In this document: piece by piece, positions 17,256-29,087 of the stretch
Numbering within the stretch: position 1 is the stretch's first letter
How the letters are laid out: each line of letters begins with the position of its first letter
Assembly: GCA_016218545.1 (NCBI GenBank)
Contig: JACRDQ010000030.1
Location: 256,172 to 320,171 of the forward strand
DNA from: Elusimicrobiota bacterium
GTDB lineage: Bacteria; Elusimicrobiota; Elusimicrobia; UBA1565; UBA9628
Direction: 5' to 3'
DNA: 64,000 bases
The notes under the pieces: generated by a model
What the model was told of the DNA's origin: nothing
The model's database searches: none
The model's input: only the letters and a program-made list of their open reading frames with translations
Position numbers and translations under genes: made by a program

Positions 17256-18254
17256 ATGGCTTCGAGGAAGGACGCGGTCAAGGCCGGAGGCCGGGCGTCC
17301 CGGGCGCCCTTGGAAGAGGCGTTGGCGCCCGGGATGCGGGCGCCGCTCTACATCGGCTGGCAGCTGACCAATGCCTGCGACCTGGCGTGCGTCCACTGCA
17401 TCGAGGAGTCCGGGCCGGGCCGCGCCTTCAAGGACGAGCTGACCCGGGAGCAGGCCTTCCGTATCCTCGAGCAGATCAAGACCGAGCAGGTGCCCTACGT
17501 CGCCTTCTCCGGGGGCGAGCCCTTCCTCCACCCGCACTTCCTGGAACTGGCCGCGTTCCTCGGAGACGCCGGGGTGTCGCTCAAGGTCGAGACCAACGGC
17601 CGCCACCTCACCGAGGCGGCCGCCTCGGCGCTGCGGGACCACGGAGTCCGGGCCGTGCAGGTCAGCCTCGACGGCGCCACCCCCGAGGCCTACCGCAAGG
17701 TGCGGCCCTCCGGCGACCACGCCCGGGTCCTGGCAGGCATCCGCCTCCTGCGCTCCAGGGGCGTGGAGGTGGAGGTCAACTTCGTCCCGACGCGGCACAA
17801 CGTCCATGAGATCGGAGCCGCCGTGGACCTGGCCTTCAGCGAGGGGGTCTCCGGCTTCTACACGGGCAGGCTCATCCTGGCCGGCCACGCCGCCAAGGCG
17901 CGGGACCTGGCCCCGACCCAGGAGCAGTACGACGCCTTCTTCGCGTGCCTCAAGGCCAAGGCCCAGGAGTACAAGGGCCGCATGACCGTGCGCTATCACG
18001 AGCTGGGCATCGCGCAGGAGGTCCGCTACCGCATGGCCAACCCCGCGGCCCTCTTCGTCATCCTGCCCGACGGCAGGGTGAAGCTCCTCAACGCCCTGCC
18101 GTTCGTGTGCGGCGACCTGCGCGAGCAGAGCCTCACCGAGGTCTGGAAGGCCTTCCTCGCGGGCTGGAAGTCGCCGCGGGTGGCCGACTTCGTCGGCCGC
18201 CTGGAGGCCGACCCCGGGCTCCTGCAAGGACTGCACCGATGGATCCCTTTGTGA
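17256..18254 (+). CDS. Radical-SAM enzyme, PqqE/MftC-like core without the full SPASM cysteine set (paralog 1)
   Basis: WQLTNACDLACVHC is a CxxxCxxC motif. FSGGEPFLHPHF is the SAM-binding motif. The C-terminus ILPDGRVKLLNALPFVCGDL looks like a vestigial half-SPASM with a single Cys. Confidence 0.85.
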   Translation: MASRKDAVKAGGRASRAPLEEALAPGMRAPLYIGWQLTNACDLACVHCIEESGPGRAFKDELTREQAFRILEQIKTEQVPYVAFSGGEPFLHPHFLELAAFLGDAGVSLKVETNGRHLTEAAASALRDHGVRAVQVSLDGATPEAYRKVRPSGDHARVLAGIRLLRSRGVEVEVNFVPTRHNVHEIGAAVDLAFSEGVSGFYTGRLILAGHAAKARDLAPTQEQYDAFFACLKAKAQEYKGRMTVRYHELGIAQEVRYRMANPAALFVILPDGRVKLLNALPFVCGDLREQSLTEVWKAFLAGWKSPRVADFVGRLEADPGLLQGLHRWIPL

Positions 18255-19198
18255 CCGAGTCCGGCGTGGAGACCGACGGCCGCGCCGCTCCGGCCCGCGG
18301 CGGCGGGAGCGGGCGGCCGAATCTGGCCCTGCGGATGGCGTCTGCGGTGCGCTACCGCTTCTTCCTGTACGCGGGACTCCTCCCGTACTTCCTCGGCGCG
18401 GCCTGGGCCCTGCGCATGGAGGGAGCCTTCGCGCCCGGCCGCTTCTGGCTGGGCCTGCTGGGCATCGGCCTGTCCGTCGTGGGTGTTGAGTCCTTCAACG
18501 AGTACTTCGACGCGCGCATGGGCACGGACCGCGTCTTCAACCCTTCCGACGACGAGTACATCCCCGCCTGGATGCTCTGGCTGGGGGTCGCGGCGTTCGC
18601 GGCCGCGGCGTGCGTGGGCATGGCCCTGGCCCATGCCGGAGGCTGGCCCATCCTCCTCTACATGGGGCTGGGCGGCATGGCCGCGGCCTTCTACGTGGGC
18701 CCGCCTTTCCGCTGGGCCTACCTGGGCCTCGGCGAGACCTCGATCGCCTTGTCCTACGGGCCCTGGATGACCCTGGGCAGCATCCACCTGCACACGGGCG
18801 CTTTCTCCTGGCGCGGCCTGGCGGCCGCGCTCGTGCCCGGCTTGCTGGTGGCGTCGCTCGCCGTGGTCAACGAGATCCCGGATTTCCACCAGGACCGGCT
18901 CGTGGGCAAGCGCAACCTCGTGGTGCGGCTGGGCCGCAGGAACGGGGTCGCCCTGTACCTCGCCCTGGCCGGGGCGGGCTTGGCCGCGTGCTTCGCAGGC
19001 GCGGCCGCGGGCTGGTTCCCGGTCGCGTGCGGCCTGGCCGGGGCCCTGGGCCTGCCGTGCTGGTTCTCGAGCGCTCGGACCGCGGTCAAGGCGTGGGACA
19101 CGCCGCGGCTTTTCGTGCCCGCGGTGCGGGACATCGTGCAGTGCTATCTCGTGACCGTGAGCGCCTTCATCATGGCGCTCGCCGTGAGGCTGCCGTGA
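18239..19198 (+). CDS. UbiA-family membrane prenyltransferase (MenA/UbiA-like)
   Basis: A polytopic protein. NEYFDARMGTD is an NxxxDxxxD-like Asp-rich motif, and a second motif is VNEIPDFHQD. It overlaps the upstream radical-SAM gene by 16 nt and the downstream one by 4 nt. Confidence 0.75.
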   Translation: MDPFVTESGVETDGRAAPARGGGSGRPNLALRMASAVRYRFFLYAGLLPYFLGAAWALRMEGAFAPGRFWLGLLGIGLSVVGVESFNEYFDARMGTDRVFNPSDDEYIPAWMLWLGVAAFAAAACVGMALAHAGGWPILLYMGLGGMAAAFYVGPPFRWAYLGLGETSIALSYGPWMTLGSIHLHTGAFSWRGLAAALVPGLLVASLAVVNEIPDFHQDRLVGKRNLVVRLGRRNGVALYLALAGAGLAACFAGAAAGWFPVACGLAGALGLPCWFSSARTAVKAWDTPRLFVPAVRDIVQCYLVTVSAFIMALAVRLP

Positions 19199-20109
19199 GG
19201 ATCGCGTCCTTCGACGTTCCCCTGGCCGCTGCCTGGCGCCTGACCGACCGGTGCGACCTCTCCTGCCGGCACTGCCTCAACGCTTCCGGGCCCAAGGCTG
19301 ACACGGCCGCCGAGCTCTCCCGGCCCGAGGCTCTCAAGCTGGCCCGGAGCATCGGCTCAGCCCAGGTCCCCTACGTCATCCTCTGCGGGGGCGAGCCCAT
19401 GCTGAGCCCCGACTTCTGGCAGGCGGCCGAGACCCTGGGCGAGGCAGGCGCGTGGCTCAAGGTGGAGACGCACGGCCAGAACCTCGGGCGCACCCAGGCG
19501 GAGCGCCTGGCCAAGCTCCCCATCCGCTCGGTCCAGGTCTCTCTCGACGGGGTCACCCAGCAGGCTTACGAGTCCCTGCGGCCAGGGGCCTCCCTGGCCA
19601 AGACCTTGGAAGCTTGCCGCGAGGTGCGGCGTCAAGGCATGCCCCTCGAGATCTCCTTCGTCCCGGTCCAGGGCAACATCCACGAGGCTCCGGCGGTCAT
19701 CGACCTGGCCCTGGACCTGGGCGCCTTCCGGTTCAACACCGGGACCCTCATCAAGCGCGGCCGCGCCGCAGCCGCTTGGAAGAAGCTCCTTCCTGATGCC
19801 GAGTCCATGGCAGGCTTGCTCGCGGTCCTCACCCGTCGCGAAGCCACCCTGGCCGGGAGGCTCGAGCTCTGCTTCAGGCCTTTCAATTTCGAAGACCAGG
19901 TCCGCGCCGAACGCGCGGAGCCCTCAGGCACGCTCACGATCCTGCCTGACGGCAAGGTCCCTGTCTCGGCCTCCTCGGACGTCGTCTGCGCCGACCTTCG
20001 GACGCAGACGGTCAGGGAGGCCTGGCGCGCTTACTTGGCGGCGCACGGCAAGGGGCCACGATCGGAAAGATGGGTCGGCTCGTGTCTTGAGCCGGCTACC
20101 CGGTCCTAG
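19195..20109 (+). CDS. Radical-SAM enzyme, paralog 2
   Basis: The GTG start overlaps the UbiA stop (GTGA), with GAGG 5 nt upstream. Motifs WRLTDRCDLSCRHC, CGGEPMLSPDF, KVETHG, VQVSLDG, LPDGKVP..VVCADL. Confidence 0.75.
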   Translation: MRIASFDVPLAAAWRLTDRCDLSCRHCLNASGPKADTAAELSRPEALKLARSIGSAQVPYVILCGGEPMLSPDFWQAAETLGEAGAWLKVETHGQNLGRTQAERLAKLPIRSVQVSLDGVTQQAYESLRPGASLAKTLEACREVRRQGMPLEISFVPVQGNIHEAPAVIDLALDLGAFRFNTGTLIKRGRAAAAWKKLLPDAESMAGLLAVLTRREATLAGRLELCFRPFNFEDQVRAERAEPSGTLTILPDGKVPVSASSDVVCADLRTQTVREAWRAYLAAHGKGPRSERWVGSCLEPATRS

Positions 20110-20129
20110 GCCGGGATTTAGGAGACAGC

Positions 20130-20255
20130 ATGAGAGACAAGAAGAACGTGACGGATGGAAAGGCGAAGGCCGACAAGAAGCCCGTGTGGCAGACCCCTTC
20201 TCTCGAAGAGGTCACCGAGCGTGTCATGGCCCAGCCGTACATCAGGTTCACGTGA
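20130..20255 (+). CDS. Candidate 41-aa RiPP precursor peptide
   Basis: MRDKKNVTDGKAKADKKPVWQTPSLEEVTERVMAQPYIRFT. GGAGA lies 5 nt upstream of the ATG. It is the only gap in an otherwise overlapping operon, and its TGA stop overlaps the GTG of the next radical-SAM gene. Confidence 0.5.
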   Translation: MRDKKNVTDGKAKADKKPVWQTPSLEEVTERVMAQPYIRFT

Positions 20256-21226
20256 CGCACCCGAGGGGGGCGGCGGTAGGAGACTACCGCGCCCCCCTCT
20301 TTGTCGCGTGGCAACTCACCAACCGCTGCCGCGGCCGCTGCCTGGCCTGCTGCGAGGAATCCGGTCCGGGCAAGGGAATCCGCCAAGGCGGGTCCTGGCA
20401 GGCTGAGCTCACCAAGCAGGAAGCCCTCCGCGTCAGCCGCGACATCGCGGCCTCCGGGGTCTCCTACGTGGCGTTCGGCGGGGGGGAACCCATGGAGGTG
20501 CCGCACTTCTGGGACATCCTCTCCATCCTCTCCAAGGGCGGGGTCCGCATCAAGATCGAGACCAACGGCGGGACCATCGGCCGCTCCCAGGCCAAGCGCC
20601 TCTCCGCCTTGGGCGTGTCCTCCATCCAGATCAGCCTCGACGGCCCCACGGCCCGCGAGCACGAGGCCTTGAGGCCCGGCTCGAGCTTCAACAAAGCGGT
20701 CCGGGCGGTCCGCTGTCTGGCTGAGGAAGGGCTCGGGCCTGAGGTCGTGTTCATCCCCATGAAGAGGAACGTGGGCCAGGCCGTCAAGGTCTACCGATTG
20801 GCGGCCAGTCTCGGAGCCAGGGTGCTTGCGACCGGCCCTCTCATGCGCCTGGGACGCGCCGGAGCAGCATGGAAGGAACTCGCCCCGTCGGCCGGGCGAT
20901 GGCGGACCGCGGTCCGGGCGCTCAAGGCCGAGGCCGCCCGTGCCAAGGCAGGGCCCAAGCTCTCCATCTATCCCTGGGGCATCCAGAGGGAGATCGAGAC
21001 CAGGCTCGAGCATCCCCAGGCCATGGTCCTCGTGGTGCCTGACGGCAAGGTCAAGCTCCTCAATGCCCTCCCTTTTGCTCCAGGCGACCTGCGGCGACAC
21101 TCCCTGGCCCAGGCCTGGACGCGCTGCCTCGGAGCTTGGCGCGACCCCAAGGTGCGGGCTTTCTGCCGCAAGGCCGTGAAGGACCCCGGGCTCCTGGCGC
21201 ACGCCAACGAATGCTGGCCCGCCTAA
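20252..21226 (+). CDS. Radical-SAM enzyme, paralog 3, closest to paralog 1
   Basis: WQLTNRCRGRCLACC is a CxxxCxxC motif. Also FGGGEPMEVPHF, KIETNG, IQISLDG, VVPDGKVKLLNALPFAPGDLRRHSLAQAW. The start is inferred as the GTG at 20252; no alternative in-frame start follows the downstream GGAGAC. Confidence 0.7.
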   Translation: MTHPRGAAVGDYRAPLFVAWQLTNRCRGRCLACCEESGPGKGIRQGGSWQAELTKQEALRVSRDIAASGVSYVAFGGGEPMEVPHFWDILSILSKGGVRIKIETNGGTIGRSQAKRLSALGVSSIQISLDGPTAREHEALRPGSSFNKAVRAVRCLAEEGLGPEVVFIPMKRNVGQAVKVYRLAASLGARVLATGPLMRLGRAGAAWKELAPSAGRWRTAVRALKAEAARAKAGPKLSIYPWGIQREIETRLEHPQAMVLVVPDGKVKLLNALPFAPGDLRRHSLAQAWTRCLGAWRDPKVRAFCRKAVKDPGLLAHANECWPA

Positions 21227-22286
21227 TCCAAGCAGGCTGAGAAGAGCGCGGGGAGCTCGCCGAGCCTGCCCGCCTCGGCGAGCTTGCCCAGGTCGAAGAG
21301 GATGAGGCCTCCGGAGCCTCCCTGCCAGGCGGCGTCGGCGGCGGCCCTGAGCTCGCCGGGTCCGAGGGGATGCTCCGCGTCTCCCACGAAGATGATGGGC
21401 CAGACCGGCTTGCCCGAATCGGCCTTGACGGCCATGGAGGCGTCCGTGATCCAGGACGCGGGCCTGCGCAGGAGCGCGTGGTACGCCATGGGCGAGACCA
21501 CGTCCGCTGCCCTGCCCATGAGGCGGTGGTCCTGGCCGAGGATCTCGAGGACGGCCCCGCGCTTCTCCGAGCGCTCCCAGGGCACGGCGAAGTAGCCCAC
21601 CAGGGCCGCGGGGTCGGCCGCGTGGACCGCGTCTGCGACCTCGCTGACGAGGCCCGCGATGCTCGCGGTCTTGAACGCGGTCCAGCGCTCCTTGTGGTCC
21701 GACAGGATCCAGCGCGCCTTCTCCCTGGCCGTGAGCTCCTCCGGGACCGCGACCCCGGTTTCCTTGCGGAACTCCCTCAGGCACACCGGGCAGAAGCAGG
21801 TCTGCTCGAGATGGGGCTCGGGGACCTCCCAGTGGCCGGGATAGCGGATGAAGTCGAGCCACACGCCGTCGACTTCCTGCTTGCGCACCAGGGACACGGC
21901 GCGCTTCTTGATGTCCAGCCTGAGCCAAGTCTGGTTGGGGCAGACGGCGGCGTACCACTTGACCTTGGCGAGGGGTTCGCCGACCTCGCTGACCGGCCTG
22001 CTCTCGGGCCGCGTCTTCCAATGACGCTCTCCCGCGAAGGCTGTGAGCTCCGCGAACACGCGGATGCCACGGCCGCGCAGGGCCTTGCGGAGGAGCGGGT
22101 CCTTGTAGCCGCCGAAGACCGCGTTCACGCCCCAGGAGGAGAGGGCCTCGGCGATCCGCTCCGGGGTCTTGCCCTTGAAGGCCGCGGACTTGGGGTCGAA
22201 GCCGTAGACCCCGCACACCGGTCCGGCGTCAGCGGCAAGAGCGGGCTGGACCGCGAGGATGAGGCCGGCGAGGATGAGGAGGAGCA

Positions 22287-22287
<1 letters not shown>
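21223..22287 (-). CDS. Secreted glycoside hydrolase-like protein (GHL10/YngK-like)
   Basis: The GTG start overlaps the purH stop. Signal peptide LLLILAGLILAVQPALAADA. GVWLDFIRYPGHWE resembles the D(Y/F)IRYP motif of the GHL10 family. This call rests on my memory of the family. Confidence 0.45.
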
Positions 22288-26296
<4,009 letters not shown>

Positions 26297-26316
26297 CTAC
26301 GATATTGCCCTTCCGG

Positions 26317-26961
26317 TCACAAGCGCGGGCGCTTCTGGATGGACTCGGCCAGGGCGGCGAGCTCGGCGCGGTGCCGGCTCTCAAGGGACGCCAGCGCGAG
26401 CCGGCGGGACTCGCGCTCGTGCGCGACCTGGTGCTCCAGCCGCTCGCGCTCCTCTTGGGCCAGGACCTGGACCTTGCGCACGGTCCGGCTGGCCGCCTCC
26501 TCGAGCGACTTCTTCAACGCCTCCAGCTCGGCCGCGTGCTCGGCTTTGAGGGCGGAGAGGCGCTCCTTGTAGGACTGCCGCAGGGAGAGCGCGCCGGCCC
26601 CGACCTCGGGGCTCTCCAGATCCTCGCGGGAGGGCGCCGCCGGAGCCTCCTCCGGGGCGGCCTCGGCCCGCGCGGTCTCCAGGCGTTCCGCCAGGGTCTT
26701 GGCAAGGACCTCGGACTCCTGGAGCTTGGCGGCGTAGTAGTTGAAGGTCCGCTGGAGGGCGCGCAGGTCCTCCAAGGCCGCCCGCTTCTCCCTGGACTCG
26801 GTCTCGGACTTGCCCCGTAGCGCGTCGCGCTCGCTCTCGACCGCCCGGATCCGCTCCAGGGCCCAGCGCAACGCCAGACGCGCGGTCTGGAGGTCCGCGA
26901 TGGCCTCGATCTCCGAGGAGTCCTTGGGCAGGAGGCGCCTGGGTTTGGGCGATTCTTCCAT
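26317..26961 (-). CDS. Coiled-coil hypothetical protein, the C-terminal real part of an 895-aa spurious ORF
   Basis: Starts MEESPKPRRLLP. Helical heptad-rich sequence. Sits upstream of nusB on the same strand. Confidence 0.45.
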   Translation of the reverse strand: MEESPKPRRLLPKDSSEIEAIADLQTARLALRWALERIRAVESERDALRGKSETESREKRAALEDLRALQRTFNYYAAKLQESEVLAKTLAERLETARAEAAPEEAPAAPSREDLESPEVGAGALSLRQSYKERLSALKAEHAAELEALKKSLEEAASRTVRKVQVLAQEERERLEHQVAHERESRRLALASLESRHRAELAALAESIQKRPRL

Positions 26962-27087
26962 GGGAGCTAAGCCCTGGAATGGTAGCCTTTTGGTGTTAAA
27001 TTTTTTAGGTCCCTTCCCCGGGAGGGGTCCCCCCGGGGCGGACGACGCTTCTCCCGTCGACGATCCGCCTTTTGCGGCTGGGGTTTT

Positions 27088-27095
27088 TGTATAAT
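27088..27095 (+). promoter_or_regulatory. Extended -10 TGTATAAT 7 nt upstream of the speA ATG, suggesting a leaderless transcript
   Basis: gggtttttgtataatctccgtcATG. There is no SD. An AT-rich divergent region separates the coiled-coil gene from speA. Confidence 0.3.
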
Positions 27096-27102
27096 CTCCG
27101 TC

Positions 27103-29076
27103 ATGGCAAAGACCACGTGGACCATCGAAGACTCGGCGCAGACCTACAACCTCAAGGGTTGGGGGCTCAAGCATTTCGGGATCAACGAGGACGGGAACCT
27201 CGTGGTCTACCCGCGCCGGACCCCGGACCGCGCCATCGACATCAAGCGGGTGGTCGACGACGTGGTCAGCCGCGGCATCAAGCTTCCGGTGCTCGTGCGC
27301 TTCCAGGACATCCTGCGCCACCGCGTGGAGCAGCTCAACCGCGCCTTCCGGGAGGCCATCGAGGAGCACAAATACAGCGGCAAGTACACGGGCGTCTATC
27401 CCATCAAGGTCAACCAGCTCCGCGAGGTCGTCGAGGAGATCCTCGACGCCGGCGAGCCCTTCCAGTACGGCCTGGAGGCGGGCAGCAAGGGCGAGCTCAT
27501 GGCGGTCATCGCCATGAACGGGACCGAGAACCTCACGGTCGTCAACGGCTACAAGGACGAGTCGGTCATGCGCCTGGCCGCGGTGGGCCTGAAGATGGGC
27601 AAGAAGGTCATCGTGGTGGTGGAGAAGCTCAACGAGCTCGCGGCCCTCGTCAAGATCTGCAAGGAGATGGGCGTGCGCCCCCTCATCGGCCTGCGCTGCC
27701 GCCTCCAGACCCAGGGCAGCGGCAAGTGGAGGGGCTCGACCGGCGACGCGGCCAAGTTCGGGCTCACCACGCCCGACATCCTGCGCGCGGTCCAGGACCT
27801 CAAGGCCGAGGGCTTGGGCGACTGCGTCAAGCTCCTGCACTTCCACATCGGCTCGCAGATCACGGACATCCAGGCCGTCAAGGACGCGGTGAAAGAGGGT
27901 TCCCGGATGTACGCCAAGCTCCGGAAGATGGGGCTCGGCCTGGAGTACGTGGACTGCGGCGGCGGACTCGGGGTGGACTACGACGGCACGCACACCACGG
28001 GCCTGCACTCCATGAACTACACCCTGCGCGAGTACGTCAGCGGCGTGGTCTACACGATGCACGAGATCTGCAAGCAGGAGAAGGTGCCCGAGCCCAACAT
28101 CGTCACCGAGTCGGGCCGCTCCATCGTGGCGCACCACTCCCTGCTCGTGGTCAACGTCTTCGGCTCCATCCAGGCGGGCTCGGCCCCCGTGGACTTCGAG
28201 AAGACCCCGGAGGAGCACGAGGTCGTAGGCGAGATGCGCGACATCCTCGAGAACTTGAGCCCCCGGAACATCGAGGAAGCCTACCACGACGCCCAGCAGC
28301 GGCGCGAGGAGGCCTACTCCCTCTTCAAGCTCGGCTACCTCGGCATGGAGGAGCGGGCCAAGGTCGAGGCCATCTACTGGAAGACGTGCCTGGAGATCCA
28401 GCGCCTCCTGCCGCGCGCCAAGTTCGTCTCGGACGAGCTGGCCGAGATGACGAAGACCCTGACCGACCAGTACCTCTGCAACTTCTCGCTCTTCCAGTCC
28501 GTGCCCGACGCCTGGGCCATCGGCCAGGTCTTCCCGGTCATGCCGGTCCACCGGCTGACCGAGGAGCCCACGCGGGCCGCCACCCTGGTGGACATCACCT
28601 GCGACTCGGACGGCAAGATCTCGCAGTACGTGGGCAAGCGCGACGTGAGCTCCAGCATCCAGATGCACCCCTTGAACGGCGACCCCTACTACCTGGCCGT
28701 CTTCCTCGTGGGCGCCTACCAGGCCAGCATGGGCGACATCCACAACCTTTTCGGCCGGGTCAACGAGGTGCACGTGTTCGAGGACGCCGAGGAGCCGGGC
28801 GGCTACTACGTCGAGGAGGTCATCCACGGCCAGACCGTGCGCGACGTGCTGGCCTCCATCCAGTACAGCGAGTTCGAGCTGGCCCGCATGGTCAAGTCCG
28901 CCATCGACGTGCAGGTCAAGGCCGGGAACCTCAAGCCCCGCGAGGGCGTGGACCTCCTCAACCAGTACGAGGCCGTGATGCAGGAGTACACCTACATCGA
29001 CCACGAGGTCTCCACCAAGACCGACACCGCGGCGGGCAAGGCTCCCGCCCCGGTCCCGGTCGCCCAGCCGGCCTAG
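27103..29076 (+). CDS. speA: Biosynthetic arginine decarboxylase
   Basis: 657 aa. MAKTTWTIEDSAQTYNLKGWG..VRFQDILRHRV..YPIKVN is the SpeA N-terminus. It has a PLP fold-III decarboxylase core. Confidence 0.9.
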   Translation: MAKTTWTIEDSAQTYNLKGWGLKHFGINEDGNLVVYPRRTPDRAIDIKRVVDDVVSRGIKLPVLVRFQDILRHRVEQLNRAFREAIEEHKYSGKYTGVYPIKVNQLREVVEEILDAGEPFQYGLEAGSKGELMAVIAMNGTENLTVVNGYKDESVMRLAAVGLKMGKKVIVVVEKLNELAALVKICKEMGVRPLIGLRCRLQTQGSGKWRGSTGDAAKFGLTTPDILRAVQDLKAEGLGDCVKLLHFHIGSQITDIQAVKDAVKEGSRMYAKLRKMGLGLEYVDCGGGLGVDYDGTHTTGLHSMNYTLREYVSGVVYTMHEICKQEKVPEPNIVTESGRSIVAHHSLLVVNVFGSIQAGSAPVDFEKTPEEHEVVGEMRDILENLSPRNIEEAYHDAQQRREEAYSLFKLGYLGMEERAKVEAIYWKTCLEIQRLLPRAKFVSDELAEMTKTLTDQYLCNFSLFQSVPDAWAIGQVFPVMPVHRLTEEPTRAATLVDITCDSDGKISQYVGKRDVSSSIQMHPLNGDPYYLAVFLVGAYQASMGDIHNLFGRVNEVHVFEDAEEPGGYYVEEVIHGQTVRDVLASIQYSEFELARMVKSAIDVQVKAGNLKPREGVDLLNQYEAVMQEYTYIDHEVSTKTDTAAGKAPAPVPVAQPA

Positions 29077-29087
29077 GGAGCAGCGGC

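Noticed and set aside
19796-21226. 476-aa track ORF presented as one protein
   Set aside because: The first approximately 150 aa are an out-of-frame read across the end of radical-SAM paralog 2 and the peptide gene. Recognisable radical-SAM sequence begins only at about 20252, directly at the peptide stop.
26317-29004. 895-aa minus-strand ORF opposite speA
   Set aside because: It is antisense to a full-length, well-conserved arginine decarboxylase. Only its last 214 aa (26317-26961, beyond the speA start) form a plausible separate coiled-coil gene.
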